A DNA stretch of 32,000 nt from the sequence record CP025327.1, one strand, 5' to 3'. Each line of letters opens with the position of its first letter. The stretch's first letter is position 1. A program made the position numbers and the translations under genes. This document shows positions 1-12,262 of this stretch, piece after piece. The notes beneath the pieces were generated by a model. It searched no databases and had not been told where the DNA came from. It was given only the letters and a program-made list of their open reading frames with translations.

Positions 1-469
1 ATATTGATTAAATTTTATATATTATTAACTAATATTATTAAGTTATGTTATATTTATTATATTTATTAACTAATATTATTTATTCTATCATATTTTAAAT
101 AGAATATAATATATTTTTATTTATTATTAAGTAATTTAATTAACTCAATTAGATTCAATAATTCTTATATATTATTAAGTAATAATAATTAACTCTATTA
201 TATTGAATTATAGAAATATATTATATAAAAATATTATTAAGAATATATTAATTGTGATATTCATAAGTACAATTAGATTAATTTATTATTATAATAAATA
301 TTATTATATTAATTCTAATACTAATACTAATAAGTACAATTATATTAAATTTAATATTAATATTAATAAGTACAAATAAATTAGTTTTATTTATTAATAA
401 TTTATTAAGTACAGATATAATAATGAGAACTTATAATAAGTTAAGATTTATGAATCATAATTCTAAATT

Positions 470-620
470 AAGATATAATTTAATAATATTTATAGACTAT
501 ATAAATTATGATTTATGATATAATTTAATAATAAATAGGGACCATATAAATTAAGATATAATTTAATAATAGGTATAGATCTTATAAATTAAGATTTAAT
601 TTAATAATAAATAAATATTA
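470..620. repeat. Tandem repeat, about 40 bp x about 3.5
   Basis: The unit aagatataatttaataata..tatag.c.tataaatt recurs head to tail with small indels. Confidence 0.6.
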
Positions 621-831
621 ATGTATAATAAGTATAGATATATAAATAATTAGATTAGTAATAATGAGTACAATTAATAATTATGAATAAGTATTTATTA
701 ATTATTATATATAATGATCATATTAATTATAATGATAATCTATTTATTAAGTATCATAATAATGAGTATATATTTAATAGATTTAATATCTATTTTATTA
801 ATGATTTAATAGATCTAATATCTATTTTATT

Positions 832-903
832 AAGAGATGAAGGGTATCGATCCCTAAATGAATAGATTTGCAATCTAACAGTTTAACCTTAAACAACATC
901 TCC
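832..903 (-). tRNA. trnC: tRNA-Cys (GCA)
   Basis: Minus-strand read ggagatg tt gttt aaggtt aaac .. ttaga ttgcaaa tctat tcatt taggg atcgata ccctt catctct t. The 7-bp acceptor has a G1:U72 wobble, the D-loop carries GG, and the T-loop is TCGA-type. The anticodon loop TTGCAAA gives GCA. There is one mismatch at the top of the anticodon stem and one at the top of the T stem. Confidence 0.72.
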
Positions 904-1190
904 ATATATATTATATATATACAACATTACCTTATAAATTATATATTCTATATAAATTATATATTAATTAAAACTTATATATAAATATTATATTCCCTTA
1001 TAAATTACATACTAATTGTATCATACTTATAAATGACAATTATATATTATTAAATGATTATAATATAAAATGTATTATATAAAAGTATATATGTACATTG
1101 TGATATATATTTAATTATCTTAATTATTTTAATCTATATATCTCTTATATAAATATATTAAGTTTTATTATATATACAATAATAATCATA

Positions 1191-1240
1191 TAGATTTAAT
1201 AGATTTAATAGATTTAATAGATTTAATAGATTTAATAGAT
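1191..1240. repeat. Tandem repeat, 9 bp (tagatttaa) x 5.5
   Basis: Perfect copies counted directly. Confidence 0.9.
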
Positions 1241-1371
1241 ATATAATAATATCTATTTATAAGAACTTATAGGTAATCATATATTAACTGAAATTATATG
1301 TTATATATTAACTCATATAATATGTAATATATTAACTCATATAATATGTTATATGTAATTGTATAATATTT

Positions 1372-1480
1372 ATACGGACTTATATATTACCCTAATATCT
1401 TATATGGATTTATATATCTTATATATTACCCTAATATCTTATATGGATTTATATATCTTATATGGACTTATATATTATTT
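1372..1480. repeat. Tandem repeat, 39 bp x 2 plus partial copies
   Basis: tatatattaccctaatatcttatatggatttatatatct starts at 1381 and 1420. ggaYtta sub-units flank it. Confidence 0.7.
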
Positions 1481-2307
1481 TAATATTTAGATGTACTGAT
1501 ACATAGTTATATATTTTTTTAATATACTAATTTATAATTATATGATATTAGATGTATTGATACATATTTATATATTTTATTAATGTAATAATTTATAATT
1601 TATAATTATATAATATTGATATATTATTATTATTTAGTATCATATTAGAAAGATCAATATATATTGATAATTTATATATAATATAATTAGATTTATAGAA
1701 GTTATATTATAGTATAGATATGAAGTTCATCTATATTATTATATGCAGATATATTATTTATATTATATTAGATATTATTCATTATAATTTATATTATAGA
1801 TATAAGGTCATTTATATTATTATATGTAGATATATTATTTATATTAAATTAGATATTAGTCATTATAATTTATAATTTATAATTTAGATATAATATATTT
1901 ATGTTTAGTTAATATTATATTTGTAGTACTCTAAATATATATTCAATTAATATTTTATTATGTTTGTATTACTCTAATACATATTCAGTGAATATTCTAA
2001 TATGTTTATTATAATATATAAAATATAATATATTTATATTACTCTATAATATATATAATATATATCTATTACTCTATAATATATCTAATAAAAAATATAT
2101 TTCTATTACTCTATAATATATATTTAATATAAGATCAATCTAAATAACTTTATATTCTAGATCTAAGTTCATTTATATTTAAGATGAACTTAAATTTAAG
2201 TTTAATTTATATTTAAGTTTATATCTTATAAATATTAAGATATATATCATAATATATAAATATTTTAACTTTATATTTATATTTATATTATAAGTTATCT
2301 TATTAAA

Positions 2308-2392
2308 GGAGGGATTTCCTATGTCGGTAAGAGGAGCTGAGCTGTAAACTCAGTAGCTATAGCTTGCGCATGTTCGACTCATGCTCCCTTCA
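2308..2392 (+). tRNA. trnY: tRNA-Tyr (GUA), long variable arm
   Basis: GGAGGGA tt tcct-atgtcggtaag-agga g CTGAG ctGTAaa CTCAG tagctatagcttgc GCATG ttcgact CATGC TCCCTTC a. All four stems pair. The 14-nt variable arm is as expected for organellar or bacterial-type Tyr. Confidence 0.9.
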
Positions 2393-2526
2393 TTGTCTTT
2401 ATAAAAATTATAATAATTAAGATAATATTAATTATATGTAATGTCATTAAGTATAACTTGATTGTTATTATAAAAATTATAATAATTAAGATAATATTAA
2501 TTATATGTAATGTCATTAAGTATAAT
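2392..2526. repeat. Direct duplication, 69 bp x 2, starting at the trnY 3' end
   Basis: attgtNNttataaaaattataataattaagataatattaattatatgtaatgtcattaagtataa occurs at 2392 and again at 2461. Confidence 0.9.
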
Positions 2527-2882
2527 AAATAAAAATATAAATATATTATCAATTAATAATTAGGATAACAACTTAATCATTTAGATCAATTAAGGTTCTA
2601 AAATTTAGTTTGTTTATCCATATAGCCAGGTTCATTTTAAGATTTGCACTATAATCATTATGATTACCAATTGTTTGATTAGTTAAATATATTTAAGGTT
2701 GTAACCATTATGTGAATATAAAGACTATAATATTTTCTTATATATACTTAAATATTTAATTTAATTTATACAATTATTTGTATAATTTAGATTTATTACT
2801 AGTTAATAATTTATAATTTAAATATTATAATAAATTTTATTACATTTTTATATTATTTAATTTTATATTAAACGTTGATAAT

Positions 2883-3542
2883 ATGTTTAAAATATACGAA
2901 TTAAGTTTATTTGATCCTCAATTATGATTAAATATATCAGTATTAGTTAGTATTATATTTGGACTATGTGTTATTACTTCTAATAATCCTATGTACAGTA
3001 TATTATATTTAATTGGTTTATTCATTGGAGTAGCTGGTTATTTATATTATATAGGTTTAGGTATAATGAGTTTATTATATTTATTAATTTATGTAGGTGC
3101 TATTGCTATATTATTCTTATTTATTTTATCATTATTAGATGTGAAAGTTTCGGAATTACAAGCTAAGTCTAATAGTAATGATATACCATTAGTTATTATC
3201 GTGACTATTACTTTATTCTATTGTTTCTATAATATATATAATATTAATATTTCTATTTTAGATGTTAGTGAAATTTTAGATTATAGATATAGTTATAAAT
3301 TTGATTCTTTATTTAATACTTTAAGTTTAAAAAGTATTGCTTATGTATTTAATAATGTCACAGAATTACCTCAATCTTTATATTATGTTTTAGTTGATAA
3401 TTGATATGCTGCATATCCTGTTAATGAATTAACTTCTATTGGTAATCTATTATATACTGAATATGCTATAGTGTTTATATTATTAGGTATTATATTATTA
3501 TTATCTATTATAGGAGCTATTGTAGTTACGAAAAGTATCTAA
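2883..3542 (+). CDS. nad6: NADH dehydrogenase subunit 6
   Basis: ATG at 2883 to TAA at 3540-3542, 219 codons. Two in-frame TGA codons (2925, 3402) read as Trp join the 137-aa track ORF to its N- and C-terminal parts. The translation ...ITSNNPMYSILYLIGLF...LIYVGAIAILFLFILSLL...IGNLLYTEYAIVFILLGIILLLSIIGAIVV is typical ND6. There is no intron. Confidence 0.9.
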
Positions 3543-3584
3543 TATATATCATTAATTATATTATCCTGAGATTTACATATAATG

Positions 3585-3745
3585 TAATCTAATTTAATAT
3601 AATATAATATTATTTAATATAATCTAATTTTATATAATATAATATTATTTAATATAATATAATTTTATATAATATAATATTATTTAATATAATATAGTCT
3701 AATTTAATATAATATAATATTATTTAATATAATACAATATAATTT
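3585..3745. repeat. Tandem repeat, 35-40 bp x 4
   Basis: The core ataatattatttaatataat occurs at 3604, 3639, 3674 and 3714. Confidence 0.75.
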
Positions 3746-3990
3746 ATCATTTACAATATATTATCTTTTTATTATTTTAATATATATTTATATAATCATA
3801 TAGAATCATATAATATTAGATATAATCATATATTATCATATAATCTCATATATAATGATATAGTATCATACACTATTTATTATATCCTATATACTATATG
3901 CTATATGCTATATGCTATATGATATATGCTATATGATATATAATATAACCTCTATACTATTTGTTATATGGAATACACTATATGCTATAT

Positions 3991-4100
3991 GCCTTATACT
4001 ATATCTTATATGTTATATCTTATATGTTATATGCCTTATACTATATCTTATATGTTATATCTTATATGTTATATGCCTTATACTATATGCTATATTATAT
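3991..4100. repeat. Tandem repeat, 42 bp x 2.6
   Basis: gccttatactatatcttatatgttatatcttatatgttatat starts at 3991, 4033 and 4075. Confidence 0.85.
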
Positions 4101-4197
4101 AGGCCCTATACTATATTTTATATATTATAAGCCTTATCCTATATACTATATGATATATGATATATGTCATATACTAGAGATTATATACTCTATATTA

Positions 4198-4320
4198 TAG
4201 ACTATATATTATATACAATATATTAGAAATTATATACTATATATTATAGACTATATATTATATACAATATATTAGAAATTATATACTATATATTAGAAAC
4301 TATATATTATATACAATACA
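4198..4320. repeat. Tandem repeat, 47-49 bp x 2.5
   Basis: tagactatatattatatacaatatattagaaattatatactatatatta starts at 4198, 4247 and 4294. Confidence 0.8.
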
Positions 4321-4356
4321 TTAGATATTAGATATTAGATATTAGATATTAGATAT
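4321..4356. repeat. Microsatellite, 7 bp (ttagata) x 5
   Basis: Perfect copies counted directly. Confidence 0.9.
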
Positions 4357-4512
4357 AATATGTTAGATAATAGATATTGTACATATATATAATATATTAG
4401 ATATTATATGTTAGATACTAGATATTGTACATTATATATTAGATATTATATGTTAGATACTAGATATTGTACATAATATTTTAGATATTATATGTTAGAT
4501 ACTAGATATTGT
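4357..4512. repeat. Tandem repeat, 42 bp x about 3.7
   Basis: ttagatattatatgttagatactagatattgtaca starts at 4397, 4439 and 4481. A diverged copy precedes these. Confidence 0.8.
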
Positions 4513-5789
4513 CTATTAGAGACTATATATTAAATACTCTATATTAGATACTAGAGACTAGATACTCTATACTATATACTATATGTATAATAGTTAATAC
4601 ATAACTATAATTTATTATAAAGTAAATTAATAAACTTATTACTATAGGTATTAAAGTTATTAATAATATAAACTATATGTAATAATATAATTATTAATAT
4701 AAGCTATATGTACCAATATAATTATTAATATAAGCTATATGTCACAATATAAATATATTAATATATACCATATGTACTAATATATATTGATTATATATGT
4801 ACCATATGTATTAATGTATTAATGTACTAATATATATTGATTATATATGTGCCATATGTATTAATGTATTAATGCAATAATGTATATTCATTATATATGT
4901 GCTATATGTAAATTCATTATATATATAATATATATACTAATATAATTTATTAATATATGATTTATAATATATGAGATATGTACTAATATAATTTATTAAT
5001 ATAGGATTTATGATATATGATATATGATATATGTACTAGATTATAGATTAGGGTATATAATTAAGAATATTTACTATATTATATAATTATATATACTATA
5101 CTATATTATATCTTAATATATATATGATTAGGAATATATATTATATATATGATTAATAATCTTCACTATATTATAGATTAATATATTTATTTAATAACTA
5201 TATTAATAATACTATATTCTCTAATAATAAATCTTATTGATACTAAATATTCTAATACTAACCTTCATCTAAAATATTTATAATACTAATACTAATACTA
5301 ATATCTATACTTAATAAGTGTTACTATTATTAAATTATACTTAATTAATAAGTACTATTACATTAAATTATACTTTATATTATATATTATATATTAATAT
5401 ACTTTATACTTTTTATTCTATAATAAGAATATATATCTTATACTTAGATATGTCATAGTGCCTACTCTATACTTTATATGTAATGATGTATATGATATAC
5501 TATATACTTTATACAATATACTTTATATATCATGATGTATACTATATACTTTATATGTCACAATGTATACTATATACTTTATATGTCACAATGTATACTA
5601 TATACTATATACTTCATATACCATAGTGTATATTATATACTATATATATACTATCTACTTGATATGTTATAGTGTATATTATATATTATATATTATATAT
5701 TATATATTATATACTATCTACTTCATATGTCATAGTATATATTATATATTATATACTATAAACTTTATATTAAAGATTATAGACTTTAT

Positions 5790-5888
5790 ACTATTATATA
5801 TATAATTAATAAGTATTACTACTATTATATATATAATTAATAAGTATTACTACTATTATATATATAATTAATAAGTATTACTATTATT
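5790..5888. repeat. Tandem repeat, 31 bp x 3.2
   Basis: actattatatatataattaataagtattact starts at 5790, 5821 and 5852. Confidence 0.9.
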
Positions 5889-6434
5889 AAATTATATTAT
5901 ACTTAAGGAATAAATATTATTAAATCATTATATACTATGTGTACTAAATTAACATATACTATATGTACTAAATTAATATATACTATGTATACTAAATTAA
6001 TATATACTATGTGTACTATATATATATACTCTAAATCCTATATATACTATATATGACCTACATAATATACATAATATACATAATATACATAATATACATA
6101 TTATATATGCTAGACATACTATACATACTATACATGTTATACATAATATACATAATCTAAATATTGTAGATATTGTACATATTGTAAATATTCTACATAT
6201 TATAAATATTGTAAATATTCTACATATTATATATATATGTCTTATATATCCTATATATGTGATACATACTATATATTTTTTACATATTGTAAATATTTTA
6301 CATATTATATATATATGCTATATATGTGAGATATACTATCTTTATGATACATATGATATATATAATATATATATAGTTTACATGATATATATACTATATA
6401 TAGGTTATACATGCTATATATACTATATTTATGT

Positions 6435-6479
6435 TATATATACTATATATACTATATATACTATATATACTATATATAC
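6435..6479. repeat. Microsatellite, 9 bp (tatatatac) x 5
   Basis: Perfect copies counted directly. Confidence 0.9.
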
Positions 6480-6971
6480 TCTCTATATGATATAAATGCT
6501 ATATATACTATGCATACTTAAGGAATAAGTATTACTATTACTATTACTATTATATATAATTAATATATATAACTAAGAGTTATGACTAAACTAATATATG
6601 TCCATAATAATAGGTATAATATATCTTATATAAATCTTATATAAATCTTATATATATTTTATATACACCTTATATATCTCAATATAATTATATATCTTAA
6701 TATAATCGGTACTATATATGTTAATATTCTATATATTAATATAATCAGTACTATATATATTCATATTCATATTCTATATCTTAATATAGTTAGTATTCTA
6801 TATCTTAATAATAGTTATTATAATCTATATTGGTTATTCTATATCTTAATAATTGTAATTATTATATTAATAATAGTCAATCTTATATATCTTAATAATA
6901 ATCAATACTAAATATCTTAATAATAGTTATTATATATATTATTATTTAATATTAATAGTTAGTATAATATC

Positions 6972-7130
6972 TAAATATATTACTAATGCTTAATGTAATA
7001 TGTATAATATATAAATATATAAATATATTACTAATGCTTAATGTAATATGTATAAGTTATAAATATATAACTAATACTTAATGTAATATGTATAATAAAT
7101 ACATAACTAATACTTAATGTAAATATATTA
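6972..7130. repeat. Tandem repeat, 36-48 bp x about 3.7
   Basis: The core actaatRcttaatgtaatatgtataa occurs at 6982, 7030, 7070 and 7106. Confidence 0.75.
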
Positions 7131-7702
7131 ATAATATATATGAATAATTAACAATACTTAATATAATATATCTTAAGATCTATATATAATAGATATATCT
7201 AAATATATCTTATTAAGAGTTATCTAATCTTCATTACTTAATAATAATATAATAATAATAGTATAATACTAATAGTATAATAATCATAGTATAATAATGA
7301 TAGTATACTAATCATAGTATAATAATAATAATTAATAATTTTATAATCATAGTATACTAATAGTAGTATGATATTAATAGCATAATTATAAATTATTATA
7401 TACCTTATAGATATAAGGATAATGAATTACTTAATCATAGGATAATTATAATGTACCTTATACATATAATGAATTACTTAATCATAAGATAATTATAATG
7501 TTGCTTATTCATATAAGGATAATGAATTACTTAATAATAGTACAATCATAAATTAAAACATATATTATATAATCATTAATTATAATATCTATTATGATAT
7601 TAATTAGATAATCTAATAATTCTAATATTTATTACTTAATGATCTATTAATTCTCATATATATTACTTAATAGTACTAAGTATAATATCTAATCTAATAT
7701 AT

Positions 7703-7740
7703 AATATTTAATATTTAATATTTAATATTTAATATTTAAT
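7703..7740. repeat. Microsatellite, 7 bp (aatattt) x 5.4
   Basis: Perfect copies counted directly. Confidence 0.9.
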
Positions 7741-7950
7741 AATCTAAGAATATTATACTCAAATATCTATAATATTATATTATTTTATATAATATCCTTT
7801 CTAATATATTATTTCATATAATATTATTTTATACAATATAATTTCTAATATATTATTTGATATAACATTATTTTATCTAATCTCATTTGTAACATATAAC
7901 ATTATTTATATACAATATCATTTGTAACACATTCTTTCATATAAGGTAAT

Positions 7951-8090
7951 ATATCATTATATTCTAATACCTATTAGTTAATAATATCATAATATCATTA
8001 TATTCTAATACCTATTAGTTAATAATATCATAATATCATTATATTCTAATACTTATTAGTTAATAATATCATAATATCATTATATTAAAT
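7951..8090. repeat. Tandem repeat, 41 bp x 3.4
   Basis: atatcattatattctaatacctattagttaataatatcata starts at 7951, 7992, 8033 and 8074. Confidence 0.9.
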
Positions 8091-8180
8091 ATCTATACTT
8101 ATTATTTAATACTCTATTAGTTAATAATATGATAATATACCCATTATTTAATAATATTAATATTATATGTCCATATTTTA

Positions 8181-8272
8181 TAGTACCCTTATATATTTAT
8201 AGTACCTTTATATATTTATAGTACCCTTATATATTTAGAGTAACCTTCTATGTTTATAGTACCCTTATATAT
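8181..8272. repeat. Tandem repeat, 19 bp x 4.8
   Basis: tagtacccttatatattta starts at 8181, 8200, 8219, 8238 and 8257. Confidence 0.9.
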
Positions 8273-9503
8273 AATGGTTAATATGTAATCATTAATATAT
8301 AATAGTTAATTTATAATGATTATATACATAATCGTCAATATATAATGATTAATAATTAATATTTAATCATCAATATTTAATAATGAATATATAATGGTTA
8401 CTATAAAATGATTAATACATAATCGTTAATATATAATGATATATATATAATGGTTAATGTATAATGATAAAAATGTAATGGTTAATATAAAATGATTAAT
8501 ATATAATAGTTTATATAATATTCTCTTATATATTATAGTACATGATAATGTACCCTTATATATCATGGTTAATGTTCCCTTATATATTATGATACATGAT
8601 AAGGTACCCTTATATATAATGGTTAATGTTTCCTTGTATACTATGGTAAATGATAATGTACCATGCAAAGGTAACCTTATTAAGATAATAGAATAGTCTA
8701 ATATGAGATAATATAATAGAATAGTCTAATATAAGATAAGATAATAGAATAGTCTAATATGACAATATCTTAATTATTATATAAAAGATTATATAATAGT
8801 ATAACATGTTAATATCTTAATTCTTATATAAAGGATTAAATAATAGTATAATATGTTAATACCTTAATGATAAAGTATTATAGTATAATGATATAGTCCT
8901 TAATTATCTAATATTCTTATATTATGAATTCTTATATTATGATAAGGTATAATGGTCTAATATTCTTATATTATTATAAGATATAATTGTATAATATTAT
9001 TATATTATGATATGGTATAATTATATACTAATGATTATAGTATCATATGGTATAATTGTATAATTATGATTATAGTGTCATATGTTATAATTATATAATA
9101 ATGATTATAGTATCATATGGTATAATGTCATTATCTTTAATTATAATTTTCTAATATAATATTATATTTATCTAATATATTAATTATATATTAATTATAT
9201 AGTAATAATATCTAAATGATATTAGTAATCGTAAAATAGATTTATATAATTACATTACATTAAAAGATACATTTGTCTAATATAATAGTATTTAATATCA
9301 AGTTATAAGAATAAGATTATATAAGAATAAGAATAAGATTATGTATTATTACAATATAATATGATAAAGTATATAATTATTAGATAATATTCTAATATAA
9401 TATAATAAAGTAAATTGGATAATTATACTAATATAATAGTGATATTTGAGAATTGATAATTGCACAATATAATATTTGATAATAGTAAATTATGATAATT
9501 TAT

Positions 9504-9665
9504 ATCATCAAGTATTATAATGTAATAAGATTATAGTAGAAGTATCCTAATGTTATATGATCATAGGAGAAGTATTATATTGTGATATGAATATAGTAGA
9601 AGTATTATAATGTTATATAATTATAGTAGAAATCTTACAATGTTATATGATTCTAGTACAATATC
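9504..9665. repeat. Tandem repeat, 30 bp x about 5.4
   Basis: The core tagKagaagtattataatgt occurs at 9534, 9564, 9594, 9624 and 9654. Confidence 0.85.
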
Positions 9666-9669
9666 TTAG

Positions 9670-9815
9670 TAAATAATATTAATAGTATAATATATTTATA
9701 ATTGTACAATCTCTTTATAAATAATGATAATAGTATAATATATTTATAATTATACAATATCTTTATAAAGAATGGTAATAGTATAATATATTTATAATAA
9801 TACAATATCTTAATA
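9670..9815. repeat. Tandem repeat, 48 bp x 3
   Basis: aatagtataatatatttataattgtacaat.. starts at 9681, 9729 and 9777. Confidence 0.8.
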
Positions 9816-10027
9816 TTAAATTATAATAGTACAATATTCTAATATTAAATTATAATAATAGAGTATTATAACATGGTATTGTCATAGTACAATATATAGA
9901 TACAATATATACAATATATAGATACAATATATACAATATATACAATATATATAATATATACAATATATATACTATATTTAATATAGTATAATAGTACAAT
10001 ATCTTAATATTTCTTAATATATGACAA

Positions 10028-10073
10028 TATAATAGTATAATAGTATAATAGTATAATAGTATAATAGTATAAT
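10028..10073. repeat. Microsatellite, 8 bp (aatagtat) x 5.5
   Basis: Perfect copies from 10031 to 10070. Confidence 0.9.
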
Positions 10074-10830
10074 ATCTCCATAATTCTTAATATATCACAA
10101 TATAATATCTATATCTAATCTGTTAATATATTAATATATCACAATATAATATCTCTATCTAATATGTTAATATGTTAATATGTTAATATGTTAATATATC
10201 TCAATATAATAGTATAATATCTCAATCTAATAGTACAATATGTTAATATATCTCAATCTAATAGTACAATATGTTAATATATCTTAATATAATAGTACAA
10301 TATCTTAATATATAAATGATAATCTCTAATGTAAATATAAACTTATATTATCAAATGACTATATTAAATAAGAATAATATATGATATTATATGATAATAT
10401 TATTACTTAATTATAGATTATATTAAAATACTATTCTAAATATATATTACTAAATATGTATTACTAAATATGTATCACTAATTTTGACTATTAATTATTA
10501 TTATTAATTCTCATTATTAATTATTATTATTAATTCTGATTATTAATTCTTATTATTCATTCTTATTATTAATTCTTATTAATAGTATAAGTCTTATACT
10601 TATTATTTCTCATATAATCTTATTATTAGTCTAAATCTTATCACTAAATCTCATTACTAATATATTTATTTTTATTAGAAATAAATATATGTATTATGAG
10701 TTCTTACAATATATATAACTCAATATTATTAATATCTATACTCTATACTCTATACTCTAAAGTTATGATTATCTAAATATAATAATATTTATAATTATAT
10801 ATCTTTAATATTTATTATCTTAATATTCTC

Positions 10831-10975
10831 TATTAATAATGAATATTAATACTCTCTATTAGTAATGAATTATTGAATATTAATACTATTTATTAGTAAT
10901 GAATTATTTAATATTAATACTCTCTATTAGTAATGAATTATTTAATATTAATACTCTATATTAGTAATGAATATA
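10831..10975. repeat. Tandem repeat, 34 bp x 4
   Basis: The core tattagtaatgaattatttaatattaatact occurs at 10857, 10891, 10925 and 10959. Confidence 0.85.
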
Positions 10976-11033
10976 ATTAATCAATATTCTTAATGATTAT
11001 TATAATTAAATAATCTTAGTCAATATTATTATA

Positions 11034-11085
11034 GAATATTAATACTGAATATTAATACTGAATATTAATACTGAATATTAATATT
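11034..11085. repeat. Tandem repeat, 13 bp (gaatattaatact) x 4
   Basis: Copies start at 11034, 11047, 11060 and 11073. Confidence 0.9.
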
Positions 11086-11260
11086 ATAACTAAATATACT
11101 AACTGAATAGTATTACTCAAAACTATTACTAAATATTATAACTGAGTACTCTAACTGAATATTCTCACTAAATATTATTATTGAATACTCTAACTCAATA
11201 GTTTTTTCTCACTAAATATTATTATTGAATAATATAACTCAATAGTTTTACTAAATATTA

Positions 11261-11398
11261 TTACTTAATAGTATAAGTCAATACTATTTTAATATTACTT
11301 AATAGTATAAGTCCATACTATTTTAGTATTACTAAATAATATAAGTCCATACTATTTTTAGGATTACTAAATAATATAAATCTATACTATTTTTATAT
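11261..11398. repeat. Tandem repeat, 34-35 bp x 4
   Basis: ttactWaatagtataagtccatactatttta starts at 11261, 11295, 11329 and 11364. Confidence 0.85.
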
Positions 11399-11571
11399 TT
11401 GGTATTTATTATTTATTACTTATTACTTATTGAATAAGTAATCACTATATATATCTAAATTATCTATAATGACTATAGATATGTAAATTAGATATAATCA
11501 CTAAGTTATCTCTAATAATTTTGTTATTTAATATTTTTTAATATATTATCTTAAACGGTATAATATAATAT

Positions 11572-11650
11572 ATTATCTTATTATATTATTATCTTATTAT
11601 CTTATTATATTATTATCTTATTATCTTATTATATTATTATCTTATTATAT
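11572..11650. repeat. Tandem repeat, 24 bp x 3
   Basis: The unit is attatctt + attatattattatctt, repeated three times. Confidence 0.85.
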
Positions 11651-11925
11651 TAACTGGTAAAAGATATAATATTAACTGGTAAAAGATATTATCTTATGAT
11701 CTTAATTGGTAAAAGATATTATCTTAAATGATTCAATATATTATAATAACTGGTACAATATGTTATATTAATTGGTATAATATGTTATATTATTATTGGT
11801 ACAATATGTTATATTAATTGGTATAATATGTTATATTATTATTGCTACAATATGTTATATTCATTGGTATAATATAAATTAACGGGTACAATATATTATA
11901 TTAACTGGTCCAATATATTTATAAG
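11651..11925. repeat. TGGTA-core repeat family with alternating 22/24-bp spacing (46-bp higher-order unit)
   Basis: tggtaaaagata occurs 3 times. tggtaYaatatgttatatta-type units then start at 11751, 11773, 11797, 11819, 11843, 11865, 11884 and 11906. Confidence 0.8.
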
Positions 11926-12253
11926 ACTTTAAATGATTTTAAAATTATTATGATTTATAAGGGATTATTTAATAATCTCCTAAGATTATATTAGTTATTA
12001 AATTAATTATTAAATTAGTTAATAAATTAAATTAATTAAATAAACTATTATATTAGTTATTTATATTATTTATTAAATAAGTTATTAACTTTCATACTAA
12101 TTATTAAATTATTAAATTATTAAATTAAATTATTAAATTATTAAATTATTAAATAATTAAATTATTAAATTATATAATTATCAAATAATCTAATTAATTA
12201 TAAATAATCTAATAGATCTTATATATTTCTTAAATATAAACAAAGAAATAAAA

Positions 12254-12262
12254 ACAATAAAA
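12254..12262 (+). promoter_or_regulatory. Candidate 5' leader motif ACAATAAAA, 2 nt upstream of the nad1 ATG
   Basis: The same 9-mer occurs 3 nt upstream of the nad4 ATG (26830-26838). It is embedded in an unusually A-rich, non-repeated 30-nt leader (12233-12264). Confidence 0.3.

Noticed and set aside
683-865. 60-aa ORF MNKYLLIIIYNDH...
   Set aside because: It is low-complexity Asn/Ile/Tyr sequence, and its 3' end overlaps the minus-strand trnC cloverleaf. It is open only because of AT richness.
832-903. Plus-strand reading of the same locus as tRNA-Ala (UGC).
   Set aside because: The plus-strand fold lacks GG in the D-loop and has no TTC/TCGA-type T-loop. The minus-strand fold has both.
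2165-2191. 8-bp inverted repeat aagttcat(n11)atgaactt upstream of trnY, as a possible regulatory hairpin.
   Set aside because: It is a single short AT-rich hairpin within repeat-derived sequence. Such hairpins are expected frequently at this composition, and there is no supporting context.
2563-2620. Possible truncated tRNA (acceptor-like ggataac / gtttatcc with an internal ttctaaa loop).
   Set aside because: It is only 58 nt, has no T arm, the stems need bulges, and the implied anticodon CTA makes no sense. It is kept only as an unassigned hairpin in the findings.
3912-4200. Track ORFs rich in Tyr/Ile/Leu: 3912-4130, 3961-4200, 5563-5805, 6259-6495, 8426-8668(-), 16478-16660, 22632-22832, 25686-25871 and 25689-25883(-).
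   Set aside because: They lie wholly inside tandem arrays of TAT/ATA-type units. Their periodic peptide sequence simply mirrors the DNA repeat. Overlapping frames and strands are open at the same place, and none has a recognisable domain. They are composition artefacts.
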